From Perkinsus chesapeaki ATCC PRA-425 (lineage: Eukaryota > Protista > Perkinsozoa), in contig JAAPAO010000345.1 in assembly GCA_013115145.1 (NCBI GenBank), positions 1-37,390 on the forward strand: a stretch of 37,390 nucleotides of DNA, given 5' to 3'. Position numbers and translations under genes: made by a program. Of the stretch, positions 25,901 to 35,432 are shown one piece after another. The notes below the pieces were generated by a model that did no database searches, had not been told where the DNA came from, and worked only from the letters and a program-made list of their open reading frames with translations. Each line of letters begins with the position of its first letter. The stretch's first letter is position 1.

Positions 25901-28416
25901 GTCGCAAGGGGGCGAAGATACCGTGGAATGATGGGCTGCAGCAGGTGTGGGTACGCCTGCAACAGTCCATGGGTAATGGTTTTACCTATTATCACTCGCT
26001 CGATCACGAGCCCGAGGGACTCCAGTTCGTTATAACCGCGGACGCTTCCCCGGCGGCAGGAGCTGCCGTGCTCTGGCGAATGAGCAGAGATGCATTCCTC
26101 AAGCACAAGGACGAGATCTCAGCATCATGGTTGGCCGAGAATGGTCAGCTGATAGGCTTCTTCACGCACCGTTGGAACGCCGCAGAGCAGAACTATGATA
26201 TCGCTTGCAAGGAGCTTCATATTATTTGCCATGGGTTGGCATACTGGAGGCAGCTGCTGTTGACTTACATAATGCACCATCCCCGCGGTTCCAAGGATGC
26301 GTCGACCGGGAGAATCGTGGTCTTTTCCGATTCTTCAAGCGCTTTGGGTAAGCTGGCAGCGAGATCGGACATGACTCGGTACCAACCCGACGCCCGCCAG
26401 GTCAAGAGGTGGTTGGGATGGTTATCACTGGTCATGGAATTTGATCACGCCGAATTGGAGTTCTGCCACATCCCAGGTCGATTGAACGGGTTTAGCGATC
26501 TTCTATCCCGCTTGGTCGACAACGGTCGGCGTTATGTGCCTGAAGGCGGCGGCAACCCGGTCGTTCTTGTAACGGTCAGGGCCCCTGCTCAGTCGCCGTC
26601 CGATAGGGAGCAGGCGCAAGAGGAGCTTGCCCGTATCTTGTGTGATGATGGGGTGAGCTCCGAAATGAGCGAGCTGCAGAAGGCCGACGGGGAGACCAGA
26701 GTCCATGGTGCGTCGTTGGCCGAGTATCACCGACACTTCGGTAACGAGGCAGACCTTCCTCGTGGTGCGGCCGAGGCAGTACAGCTTGGGCTCATATCTT
26801 GTATCGAGGGGCTGGTTATGACAGTGGCCGACGTAAATGATGGAGGCGAGGTACTGGTACCTATAATTCCTGTGGGGGTCATTCCCGGTCTACAAGCCTT
26901 CATCGGTACCAACGTCGACACGAACTGGTCTATCCGAGAATGGTTGTTATTCTGTGTTCATGAGCTGGGGGGACACGGAGGCTACCATCACCTGCGCATG
27001 AAGCTTGTAAGCCGCGCGTGGTGGCCTTCGCTTCTCCGGCAAGCTCAGCGATGGGTGCAATCATGTGATTATTGCATGCAGCAGAAGGCCAGCAACAGAC
27101 TTAAGCTCATGTCAGCACCCCGCATAGCGCGGGGACTGATTGACCTGTCTCTACGAGGTAAGTATATCGCCTTGGATCACGGTTACCCAAGCTCGTCTCC
27201 GACATGGATTCCGGCACTGGACCCCAAGGCCAAAGCCTTCCTGGTCATCACGTGCGTCGCCACGGGGTTCACGGTTGTGCGTGCTGTCTCTGATGTCACT
27301 GGTGAAACGACAACTAGAACTCTGTTCGAGCATTGGGTACCGTACTTGGGCATCCCCTGTGGAGTCATGGGTGACAACTTTATGGACACCCCTTCGTTGA
27401 GAAAGTCGTTGGCGGCTTGTGGGGTGCGGTTCTTGCCGACGCCACCATGGGCGCCTTGGGCCAACGGCAGCGCGGAGGGCCGCGTGGGCAGGGTCAAGCG
27501 CCTGCTACCGTCTATAAGGATACCATGGGATCAGGCCCTTCCTCAAGTCCAATTACTGATGAACACCCACAAGCGCTCATCTGGGTTCTCGTCGTCGGAG
27601 TTGATGTATGGTACTACTATCAGGTGCCCGTCCGATGCGGTACTGGATGCCGTGTTGGAGCCGACGAGGACGCCCACGGATGAGCTGCAAATCCTGGCCG
27701 ACTCTTCAGAGGTCCCAGCTGAGCTGCAAAAGGTTCTATCGCACTCGGTGGGGCGGGCCGGATTGGCGACGCTATACTCGCATATTCGCGATGATGTTCG
27801 CGCACTGGCCCACCGCACGGGCCGCCTCCCCGTTGATGGCGAGCTCGTGGTCTGGAGAAGGCCGGGTGCGCAGCCGATCGAGGGCCACATCCGTCTAGTA
27901 TCCGGTGTTAACGTGGCTGATGGACCTTTCACCTACCTCGGAAAACTCACTGGTCACACTACTCGTATGGTCCCGTTGGGGGCCGGCGAGGAATTTTCTA
28001 TCTCCGTTTCTCCGGCTCATCTTGAGCCCCGTGCAGAAGCAGTCGATTGGAATAGACCTGCCGTTGCAACCGAGATCACCATACCCTCCTCTGCGGTGGC
28101 TCCTGGCGACATGTTATTGGTAAGGCTCGCAGACGGAGGGGACGTTATCGGTAGGGTGACTGCTGATGACACCGATCAGTCCGACGAGTCCGCTTTCTTG
28201 GTGCATGTATATGACTCTCCTGATGGCACGGCTTTCTGGCCCGTCTGGCTATCGAAGGATGGTGAAACATACGCGTCAGAGACGCCAGTTGACGGCGATG
28301 TGCCTCTACAGCGGTTGGCAACGAGTGGACTAAGGCGCATCTCGTTAACTGACACGGGTAGGCTCCGGGAAGCCACTCGTCAAGATCTACTCCAAGCGGG
28401 TTATCTATCCGGGTAG
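22831..28416 (+). CDS. Single gag-pol polyprotein (1861 aa as annotated; true start may be downstream)
   Basis: Gag capsid (QGEGESVSDLYTRL), Zn knuckle 24175-24234, protease LLDTGS (Asp at 24448), RT YVDD (25528-25539), RNase H (TADAS, NYDIACKELH, VFSDSS), integrase HELGGH...CDYC, D..D..E core and GPF motif (27922-27930). No stops or frameshifts. Confidence 0.95.
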   Translation: MDAQSSTISGAYAVPSNQGEVELHPVNERFEPTDTAVIRRWLNSPDLGAAFRDPDFDAPEVTDDVVDMLLSMFLDLDRMGVGAAQVRTALGGWAATVADKLPPNRAADGTAESVAYGVAVFSILVHVGQIHGCPMEWLLWFSAALATMVVKRCFRLQRCLPMGSDRTYVEAFLAARTGVLSEPPRSTLDAEVVSRPGRRAGAEVSRKSENVYKLPLETEDFQGGTINLPYAAFKKNVQTAIKFYGIASERDALLYLFRHLSKDLRWELVSLAGVDNPPLATVWRLLDDKFGHGDTPGTVANRWEAFAQGEGESVSDLYTRLLRERSLYSQVAGTQLPPAVVAAKFVSALAPGLRDSLETAWGRALGDFTVEQVREHALFYEGKHTSDEIAGTDKGSKNRKANNSSHPNGKPVTGPALAAGSGSGQPRSQPSQPTQAPSGQRGGATSVRCKYCSERGYKKADKHSDASCWENPVNASKRPPWFKPLEGRAPRASGPTSSAVVEAGKTFMTCSKSGQGLIGIEALLEDGLTPKRLPTLLLLDTGSEYTLASSQLLSALGVEVVSYESPMVLAAAGEGGTITVIGEATLSVLVYGDDGKWYRFHLVAHVAVDLNPMVAETSSILLGLNAMRNMGAQIAVGDASVFLKAMDVNVKLTRWGAPSALTTAPHPVPSAQPVGLDNIPLPSKEEITRRLHGWRFPQVEVELKPGAVRPCPRRPYACGTVEMAAMEMIVENLEKDGVVRRVSRAEIDELEAWVNPAFLVPKSTRGDYDELAPDNVEKQYRLVIDARGINECVAELPSVWKTYQTTPNQCLSEVPSGPIFFGSVDIRSAYYNLRYAEGSRKYFAFSYYAADGAVAYAIHEKMVMGFKGSSFHWGYAAYTLMARALPEVYRSDGPSQVIIYVDDILVWARDRARCAKIMELITLIFETVGAEVPAKKQKGPATELDFIGLHLQQDGFSVSESTLDELRQALRDPPTTLRGLRTKLGLCQFCRALWNAKPAAAEESLSHLIAPFTAIIGQMTTEKSRKGAKIPWNDGLQQVWVRLQQSMGNGFTYYHSLDHEPEGLQFVITADASPAAGAAVLWRMSRDAFLKHKDEISASWLAENGQLIGFFTHRWNAAEQNYDIACKELHIICHGLAYWRQLLLTYIMHHPRGSKDASTGRIVVFSDSSSALGKLAARSDMTRYQPDARQVKRWLGWLSLVMEFDHAELEFCHIPGRLNGFSDLLSRLVDNGRRYVPEGGGNPVVLVTVRAPAQSPSDREQAQEELARILCDDGVSSEMSELQKADGETRVHGASLAEYHRHFGNEADLPRGAAEAVQLGLISCIEGLVMTVADVNDGGEVLVPIIPVGVIPGLQAFIGTNVDTNWSIREWLLFCVHELGGHGGYHHLRMKLVSRAWWPSLLRQAQRWVQSCDYCMQQKASNRLKLMSAPRIARGLIDLSLRGKYIALDHGYPSSSPTWIPALDPKAKAFLVITCVATGFTVVRAVSDVTGETTTRTLFEHWVPYLGIPCGVMGDNFMDTPSLRKSLAACGVRFLPTPPWAPWANGSAEGRVGRVKRLLPSIRIPWDQALPQVQLLMNTHKRSSGFSSSELMYGTTIRCPSDAVLDAVLEPTRTPTDELQILADSSEVPAELQKVLSHSVGRAGLATLYSHIRDDVRALAHRTGRLPVDGELVVWRRPGAQPIEGHIRLVSGVNVADGPFTYLGKLTGHTTRMVPLGAGEEFSISVSPAHLEPRAEAVDWNRPAVATEITIPSSAVAPGDMLLVRLADGGDVIGRVTADDTDQSDESAFLVHVYDSPDGTAFWPVWLSKDGETYASETPVDGDVPLQRLATSGLRRISLTDTGRLREATRQDLLQAGYLSG
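22939..22952 (+). other. Primer-binding-site position (non-TGG; complementary to LTR 22822-22834)
   Basis: GTTATCAGAAGATG directly follows the LTR's terminal CA. ATCAGAAGATG is the exact reverse complement of CATCTTCTGAT within the LTR. Confidence 0.7.
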
Positions 28417-28444
28417 TCGGGTATTGATGGTGCCCGAGCTTTTC

Positions 28445-28455
28445 GGGAGGGGGGA
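28445..28455 (+). other. Polypurine tract (plus-strand primer)
   Basis: GGGAGGGGGGA, 3 nt upstream of the 3' LTR. Confidence 0.9.
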
Positions 28456-28458
28456 TGC

Positions 28459-28788
28459 TGACGCGTATGGATGTCGTCACTACCTCCCTCCGCTATGTAC
28501 GTGCGTTTAGCTCGGTCCCCCTTTTTATGGCCGCGTCACGCGTCGTGCGTCATCGAACGCGCGGGCGGGCGCTGGTGGTCGGAGACGGCATGGAAGTTGA
28601 TGATCGCCTGTGCGCTGTCTCATTATATTGTTCATGTAAAGTCTTAGCTACCGTTTTTAGCCTTTTACTCTCATCTTCTGATGGACGCTCAGTCCTCTAC
28701 TATAAGCGGTGCCCACGCGGTGCCCTCTAATCAAGGGGAGGTTGAGTTGCATCCAGTTAATGAGAGGTTTGAGCCAACCGATACGGCA
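28459..28788 (+). repeat. 3' LTR (330 bp)
   Basis: Direct repeat of 22609-22938, followed by the AAAG TSD. Confidence 0.97.
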
Positions 28789-29264
28789 AAAGGGTAAAGA
28801 GCACTTGCACTTTCTTGGAGTCTTCCTGAGTGTAAGAGCAGCGGAGGTGTGTTGTACACATACCGCAGGGTTAGCGCATAGCAAGCTTTAACGCATAGCC
28901 TTAGTTACTGTAGACGCGTAATGAGGGCTGTAGTTACTACTAGTCTCGGAGGCCTCATGGGTAGCCCGAACCGCTCATGTCGCCAAGATGAGTTGATAGC
29001 TAGTCTCTGCTACGTGCTCGTAGCTACGTGCTCGTGGCTACGTGCCGCCGCTTGCTAGTAACTGCGAGCTGCCCGACTGGGTTCTCCCACTGCACGTGTA
29101 CCTCCACCAGTTGAGCGGGTCCCCCCTCCTCGGAAATTGACGTAAGGTCGGATAGAAGGAGGTCAGGTAGTTTAGCGGCGCTAATAGCGCGTCAGGCATG
29201 TAGCCTGGTACATCACTCGTAAGTTCTTCGTTATATTACTGCATGGCATTGATCTCGCAACCTA

Positions 29265-30819
29265 AACCCCGTTACAAAATTATAGAACATTCATATTTTT
29301 TGAGATAACTTTGGAGTCAGAACGTTTTTCGACTTCAAATCTCGTATGTAACCCTCTAACGACATTCCATGACAGAAAGTTATATATTTGACAAATTTCT
29401 CGCTCGCCCTGGTATGGTATCTGAAACGGTCATGATCAGCGCGGTTACACAATAAAAGAACATTTTCAGTTACTCGTAAATTCGCACTATAATTCAACAG
29501 TGTATAGAGTAAAGACAAAGCTACTCACACAATAGGAACTAACAATACTTGGTGGGGCCGCCCTGACACTTCATGACTTCAACTAAGCGCTTTCTCATCG
29601 AACTCGTGAGACCACTTATATCCTCTTCCGTTAAGCTGTCCCACGCCTCAAAAATTGCTTTCCTCAATTCGAATCTATTCTCATATGGACCCTTCCCATT
29701 TCCATAAACTGCCTGGGCCAGCCTCCCCCAGCAATGTTCAATGCAGTTCAGGTCTGGACTGATTGCCGGCCAGTCCGTGTATTGCACTTGTTTTTGGTGG
29801 AGCCATTCTCGGGTCGAAACAGACACGTGAGGTCTTGCATTGTCCTGCTGGAAGGTATAATGGATGCCCTGCTCCTCTCCCTCCTCCAGGAAAGGCAAGA
29901 GATCCATTTCCAGAATAGATTGATAAACTTCACTGTCCATGTTACTTTCCACCTCTACCAGTGCAACTTTGTGCCGACCGGAAATGGCACCCCAAACCAT
30001 CACAGAGCCACCGCCGTAAGCTCGCTTGGACATTGTTGGCTTATCTCGTCCAGGGAACGCCCAGCAGTGGCGTAGACGGTCTGGACCGTCCAAATTGAAG
30101 CGCTTCTCATCGGAGAAGATCCATGTGGAAAAGTCGGTTCCCGAAGCAAGGTGCTCAGAGGCAAAACTCACACGCGCTGCTTTGTGGGTAGCTGTCAGTT
30201 TCGGAGTAGTCTTGGGCTTGATGAAGTGAGCTCCGGTCGACTTCAGGAATCGCCTCACCGTTTGATACGACACACCGAGATGACACTTTCTGACGATGTT
30301 TCGACATGTGGCCTTCGGAGTCTTGGCAAACTCCCTCAGAATCGCCCGCTTTTGCCTCGCAGTCAATGACGCCTTTCTCCCTCGAGTCTCTTTTTCCTTT
30401 GGGTGCTCGTTATCTGGTTTCTTAGACAAGATCTTTGTCACTGTTGGCCGCGAAACTCCATGGCACCTTGCGATCTCTTCGTGAGTGTATCTTGGCTTCC
30501 CGCTCGATATTTTAACCCTACCCATGTCGTATATGAGTTCCTGTGTCCGCTTGGATACCGATCTAGCTCTAGGCATAAGCGAGTGAACACTTGGTGGCAC
30601 AAGACGACAAATTTGGACAAATGTTCTATTATTGTGTAACCGCGCTGATCATGACCGTTTCAGATACCATACCAGGGCGAGCGAGAAATTTGTCAAATAT
30701 ATAACTTTCTGTCATGGAATGTCGTTAGAGGGTTACATACGAGATTTGAAGTCGAAAAACGTTCTGACTCCAAAGTTATCTCAAAAAATATGAATGTTCT
30801 ATAATTTTGTAACGGGGTT
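29265..30819 (-). mobile_element. Intact Tc1/mariner (Tc3-like) DNA transposon, 1555 bp, TA TSD
   Basis: 201-bp TIRs (29265-29465 and 30619-30819, one mismatch) flanked by TA (29263-29264 and 30820-30821), enclosing one transposase ORF. Confidence 0.97.
29539..30576 (-). CDS. Tc1/Tc3-family transposase, DD34E (345 aa from ATG 30576)
   Basis: MPRARS start, N-terminal HTH region, FSDEKRFNLDGPD, GGGSVMVWGAI, FQQDNARPH followed by 34 residues to WPAISPDLNCIE. Confidence 0.95.
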   Translation of the reverse strand: MPRARSVSKRTQELIYDMGRVKISSGKPRYTHEEIARCHGVSRPTVTKILSKKPDNEHPKEKETRGRKASLTARQKRAILREFAKTPKATCRNIVRKCHLGVSYQTVRRFLKSTGAHFIKPKTTPKLTATHKAARVSFASEHLASGTDFSTWIFSDEKRFNLDGPDRLRHCWAFPGRDKPTMSKRAYGGGSVMVWGAISGRHKVALVEVESNMDSEVYQSILEMDLLPFLEEGEEQGIHYTFQQDNARPHVSVSTREWLHQKQVQYTDWPAISPDLNCIEHCWGRLAQAVYGNGKGPYENRFELRKAIFEAWDSLTEEDISGLTSSMRKRLVEVMKCQGGPTKYC

Positions 30820-31648
30820 TAGGAGGACAGTCGAAGAACCAATGGATCGTACTCTCCATAGTCAGGGGACAAGTAGCCGATATGAGCGATGTAAGTTAGC
30901 GGTCTTGCGCAACAGGATTGAGATTCCTGGAGCAATCTATTACTCAGCATGGCGTAGCTTACCACCTGGCACTAGGAGTGTAGTGTGTGTCGAGATGGGG
31001 GGGCTTTCGTTAAACAGGAGGCTGCGACTTTGCAAGTCTTGTGCAGCACAGGTATCACTGGAAATCCCTCGCTTCGTTTTCTCTAGTGTCATACAGTATC
31101 ATTATGACATTTGAATTGCGCTACGAGCCTTAAGCCGATCAACAAAAAAGGTTAAACAGAGAACCGGGCTGCCAGTTCTGACCAGCACGGGCTCTCGGGG
31201 TCGAATGAGTGATATACGTCATTGCCCCATTACAGACCTTCCTGAGTGCCATGACCAAGACTTTCGCATTCCCACACTTTTGTTGGGTGAGTTAACCCCT
31301 CAAGCTCCAATGGAAAGGTTTGTTTTCGGCTCAGTGCCCCCTGTATAAGTTATAGTACATGTATTACACTTCAGAGCCACATCTCTTCAGCATTCCTTTG
31401 GTTCCGAATGGTCGGTTTCACTTGCAGCAAAAAACAGTCTGGGGATTCACCGGTGCAGTGTAATTAGTTGCGGTGAACGAGTCGTCGAATTAAAAGGATG
31501 AAAATGCATTGACATGCTTGAAAGGCCTCGGAGCATTCGACATATATTCATGGTCAAAACAGCGGAGGACTCCTAGTGTTCAAGTTTTCGAAAAATTTCT
31601 TAACGCCCCTGTTGTAACAGAATCGATGACGGTACTCGGTCTACGGTG

Positions 31649-32519
31649 ATGCACGTACGGGGCTTGGGCAGGTACCCCCTCGCGGAGACGGGTGAAGTGT
31701 TTATATTGCGAAGAGATAATATCGTGTTCTCGGCGAAAGGGCCCTCGTTTGGGTCTTTGAGGGCTACTGGTGATGCATTTCTAACAAACAAGAGGCTAGT
31801 AGGAGGTAGCTGTTTGGTTCAAGTTTACATCGTACCTTTAGGTTTTTGTAATCCGCAAAGATGGTAGTGGTAGTCGTGCTGACTTCTACTCAGCGGCGGT
31901 TCCCTTGTCGGCATGGAACAGCCCCAAGTTCGAACAGCCGGTTTTCGGGGCGAACTTCATAGAAGGTAGGACGGATGTCCTCTAGTATATCCCCCCTAGT
32001 TCATTAAATTGAGGCAGCTGTGGCTACTCTGCTGGTGCCGCCGCCGCCGAGACTGTTGAAATTCGTACCACTAATTTGCTTTGTACTTATTGACGGTTGA
32101 CTCACTTACGGGAATGATGCGCTGGTGTCATTGAGCCTCCTTGCCGCGTATTCAGGCGTGGCCCCCGATCCAATACCAGGTGCCGGCGATTGCCGCTTCT
32201 CTTACACATTTAACAGTGGTGGTTGTGGTAAGGCTCTTTCTGGAGGTATCTGTGATGCCTGTTAATTATCAGGCACGTTCCTACCGCTGTTCTTTCGGCT
32301 CCATGCAGCAGCCGGCTCGGGTCATAGCGGCGGACCGGGTGACCGCGTTCGCTCGACTAATGCGAGCTTCGTCAGAGCAGTGCTGGCAGGTAGGGATTCG
32401 CCAGGACGGTTTGAGAATAGTGTCCTTCAGGTGACCTCAGTCGAGTGGGCTTCCAAGATCCGAGCGACCCTTCTGTTATTTATGTAGCGCAGCCCCCACA
32501 GCCACGAGGTTTAGAATGA
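31649..32519 (+). CDS. WBP2/WWbp-like PH-GRAM protein (start uncertain)
   Basis: GEVFILRR...GDAFLTNKRL, PKFEQPVFGANFIEG, FNSGGCGTFLPLFFRL and QDPSDPSVIYVAQP match the WBP2-family N-terminal domain; TGA at 32517-32519. Confidence 0.8.
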
Positions 32520-32865
32520 TACCGTTGTTGAGCTTTGCTTCCTTCTAAGGATGTCACACTTGCCTTATGTCATATGATTCGCCTTACCATATGCTTTGTT
32601 GTGAGTTGCGTTGCTGTAAACTTCGGTTACCCAGTCAGGGCCAGTTATCTGGCCATGCTACCTTGTCGGTTGCATTGCAAAACTTAGAGCATATTAAATC
32701 TCTGATGCGCTCATTTCATTGTACTACTCTCATGAGTGTCTACCTCCGTCTGTTTTACCGTGCTGGATATACAACTAGGTCCCGAATTCCCTTCCGTATA
32801 CTCTGTCCCAGCGGGCCGGTCAAGTAGAGCTTGAGGAGGACTTATTCAGTCATCCTTTCCAATTC

Positions 32866-34097
32866 ATGGTCCCTCCTCTCACCAGTCGTCGCGTTCGTTT
32901 TGCAGATAACATCGCCACCAAACGGCATCACCGTGTCCCCTCGGCCCTGCTCCTGGCTCTGTGCATCATCGCTGGTTACACGGTTAGCACAGCCCTCTTC
33001 GTGGGAGCGCGGGACCGCTTGAGACTGTCGGGAGTGCCCAATGCGGCATTTCCCTCTAAGGGCTTGCGAGCTCGGAACTTCGCCATGTCGGCTACTAGCA
33101 AGTCTGGCTCCTCACCTTCGCTCAGAGTAATTTGCAGATGAATGGACAATCTATCAAGGGAGATGCTCTAGGTTCCTCTGCCGTACGCGATGAGCGAGCT
33201 TCAACCTGTGATATCAGCTGCTACAGTGGACTTCCACTACAACAAGCACCATCAGGGATATGTAACCAAGTTGCTGGATGCCACAGGATTCCCCGGTGAG
33301 CATTTGCCGGCTTCACCGGCAGCAACGTCGCACTCCTCAGAGTCAAAAATTGACTTGGAGTCGCTAGTCTCCGTGGGGCCCAGCAAAGTAGGAGAGGCCG
33401 TGTTCAACTCAGCCGGTCAGATATACAATCACAACATGTAAGGAGCGGTTATAAAGAACAAGCATGCAGCTGCCTCAGGTACTGGCTTTCGATGGCCCCG
33501 GCGGCGGCGGTCAATGTTCCCGTACCCTCGCGGTTAGGGGAGCTCATTCGTTCTCGTTGGGGAAGTATGGCTAGTATGAAGAATGAGTTTATAAGGCAAG
33601 GGACGGCACTGTTCGGCAGCGGTTGGATATGGTAGGTGGTGTTCGCCGGTGAGTCGTAGTGTAACACTAGAGGTTCCCATTCAACCATTATTAGCGACCT
33701 GTATCAGCTCGTTTAGCTTTCCGTTATATTCCCACGTAAGCAACAACTGTTCCCGTCCATATGGGCCGAATGAATCCCTTGGCTGCCAGAAGGCAGTTTT
33801 TTGGATGCGCTCCGCTCAGGTTAGTGTGGGATGAGGGAACCAAACAGCTCGAGTTCGTGGCCACCAAAGATGCTCACAGCCCTCTCAGCAACTCTGATAG
33901 TCAGATTCCGCTTCTCACTTGCGGTAACGCTTCGGCGGCGGTTTTTGTGGCGCGCGGTAATGGCTGATTGTTCAGATGTTTGGGAGCATGCCTACTACCT
34001 CGACTACCAACACGATAGAGCTTCCTATTTAAATAAGTGGTGGAGTATTATTGACTGGAAGTTTGCAGAGTCTAATCTCCCCAACGACTTAGCGTAA
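32866..34097 (+). CDS. SOD2: Iron superoxide dismutase with long N-terminal targeting leader (6 exons)
   Basis: [35 protein letters not shown] (Fe-type Gln), [21 protein letters not shown]; ~87-aa leader with a hydrophobic segment. Confidence 0.95.
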
Positions 34098-34172
34098 TGT
34101 TTCTCTATATCATCGGTGTAGAGTTGCTAATTTCCGGGAAGTCACCAACTGTCAGTTGCTGTAGAGGGATGC

Positions 34173-34959
34173 ATGGCGGCGTCCTCCTCTACTCCTCGTG
34201 AAGGAGGGTACAGCAGACGGCGGCACCGATCGCTAGACCCATTGGAAGGCATCGACCATGGCAGAACCATGACAGTATGCTGGCCTACTCCTTAGTCTTG
34301 GTTTCTTAGGGTTCCCCACAGCAGGAGTCGTTTGGTTAACTGACCCAGCAGTGTTCGGTTACCTCATCACCGGTTTAGTCTTGATTGTTCACACCAAATC
34401 ACTCATTCGGTTTCGGCAAAGGCAAAAGGCTTCCGGGGAAATGTGGCGTTACTCGCCGAAGGGTATTCGAGTCTGTGTCGGTGTGGAGGCTTCTAGAATC
34501 GGCATCGGGGACATGATATCATTAGACTACTTGGCAGTGCTAAGTTAGCAAATAGTGACAACTTGGCGGCTGCCTCTACCAGTACTGTGTTATCTAATTC
34601 ATGCCTCACGGGCCTGTTAGCTCTTCCGGTGGCTTTCAGAACGCTGCATTCGCCTGAAGCATTCGTTTCAGGATCGCTCCGCTTACATAACCCGTTTGGA
34701 AGATCAACTGGAGCGTGTCACCTCGAGTTGCCTGGCAGTACAGGTAACACCTCTGGCAACCACTCCATCAGGATTGCCTCCATTCCAGGCATTCAGCGAA
34801 CGGATAAGTAAAGTTGGTAACCACTGCGATGAGCTGGAGGCGAGAGTGAGCAACTTGGCGAGGTGAGCTATAGGAATCAACGCAACTGCGCTCGGGCTGA
34901 TAGAGAGATTAAATGACTCTGAAAATGCATCGCTGGCATCGGATAAGGCGACTCCATAA
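34173..34959 (+). CDS. Hypothetical coiled-coil protein (exon structure partly unresolved; may join the next gene)
   Basis: Spliceable exons read DRSAYITRLEDQLERVTSSCLAVQ/AFSERISKVGNHCDELEARVSNLAR with canonical GT-AG junctions; 5' exons and end are uncertain. Confidence 0.5.
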
Positions 34960-35432
34960 GGAACGCTGGTCTTGAATGGTGGATTACAGGCGAACGGTGA
35001 ATCACGGAATTCATCACAATATTGCTCTCCGTTAAATACAACATAGACTTGTGCTACGTTGTTTAAGTGTACAAACCTTCACACTGCTTCGTATGGACAA
35101 GTGTCGGCAATAAAAGAGCACCGGTTTTTGTTGGACCGATAGAGTAGCAAGTAAGTAGTCCGCATGCGCACAGCAGAGTGCGCTTTTCATCGCTGATGGA
35201 CCAAACTGAATAATCGTCTGCGATGATTACATTCAGATCCATCTCACTGAATTTCTCGAGTGCTTACGAACCATTCAGCTGTAAAACGCTCTGCTGGGCG
35301 TAGTCAAATGTAGCCAAATCCCACCTCCTACGGGTAATCCTTCTCAGACAACTTCGAGAACTACAGGCCAGCCAAATGGATCGGGGGACCCCAGAGGAGC
35401 AGTCGAGTAGTGTAGCGTACTGGCAACAGTCC

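Larger units (their letters stand above)
22609..28788 (+). mobile_element. Full-length Ty3/Gypsy LTR retrotransposon
   Basis: Two 330-bp TG...CA LTRs, 4-bp TSD AAAG (22605-22608 and 28789-28792), PPT before the 3' LTR, domain order Gag-PR-RT-RH-IN. Confidence 0.97.
29188..30890 (+). other. Two putative host exons (29188-29218 and 30823-30890) flanking the Tc1-containing intron
   Basis: GTAAG donors at 29142, 29219 and 30891; the empty-site intron is 47 nt ending CCTAG; the joined exons read RVRHVAWYITRGQSKNQWIVLSIVRGQVADMSD without a stop. Gene identity unknown. Confidence 0.45.

Noticed and set aside
23368-28480. Many overlapping and antisense ORFs within the gag-pol region
   Set aside because: Shadow ORFs of a GC-rich coding sequence with no independent motifs.
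29291-29518. ORFs overlapping the Tc1 TIRs (29291-29518 minus, 30794-31114 plus)
   Set aside because: They arise from AT-rich TIR sequence and its flank; no coding signature.
3951-32140. Shared 12-mer CATTGAGCCTCC at 3951 and 32129
   Set aside because: Dozens of 12-mer repeats are expected by chance in a window of this size.
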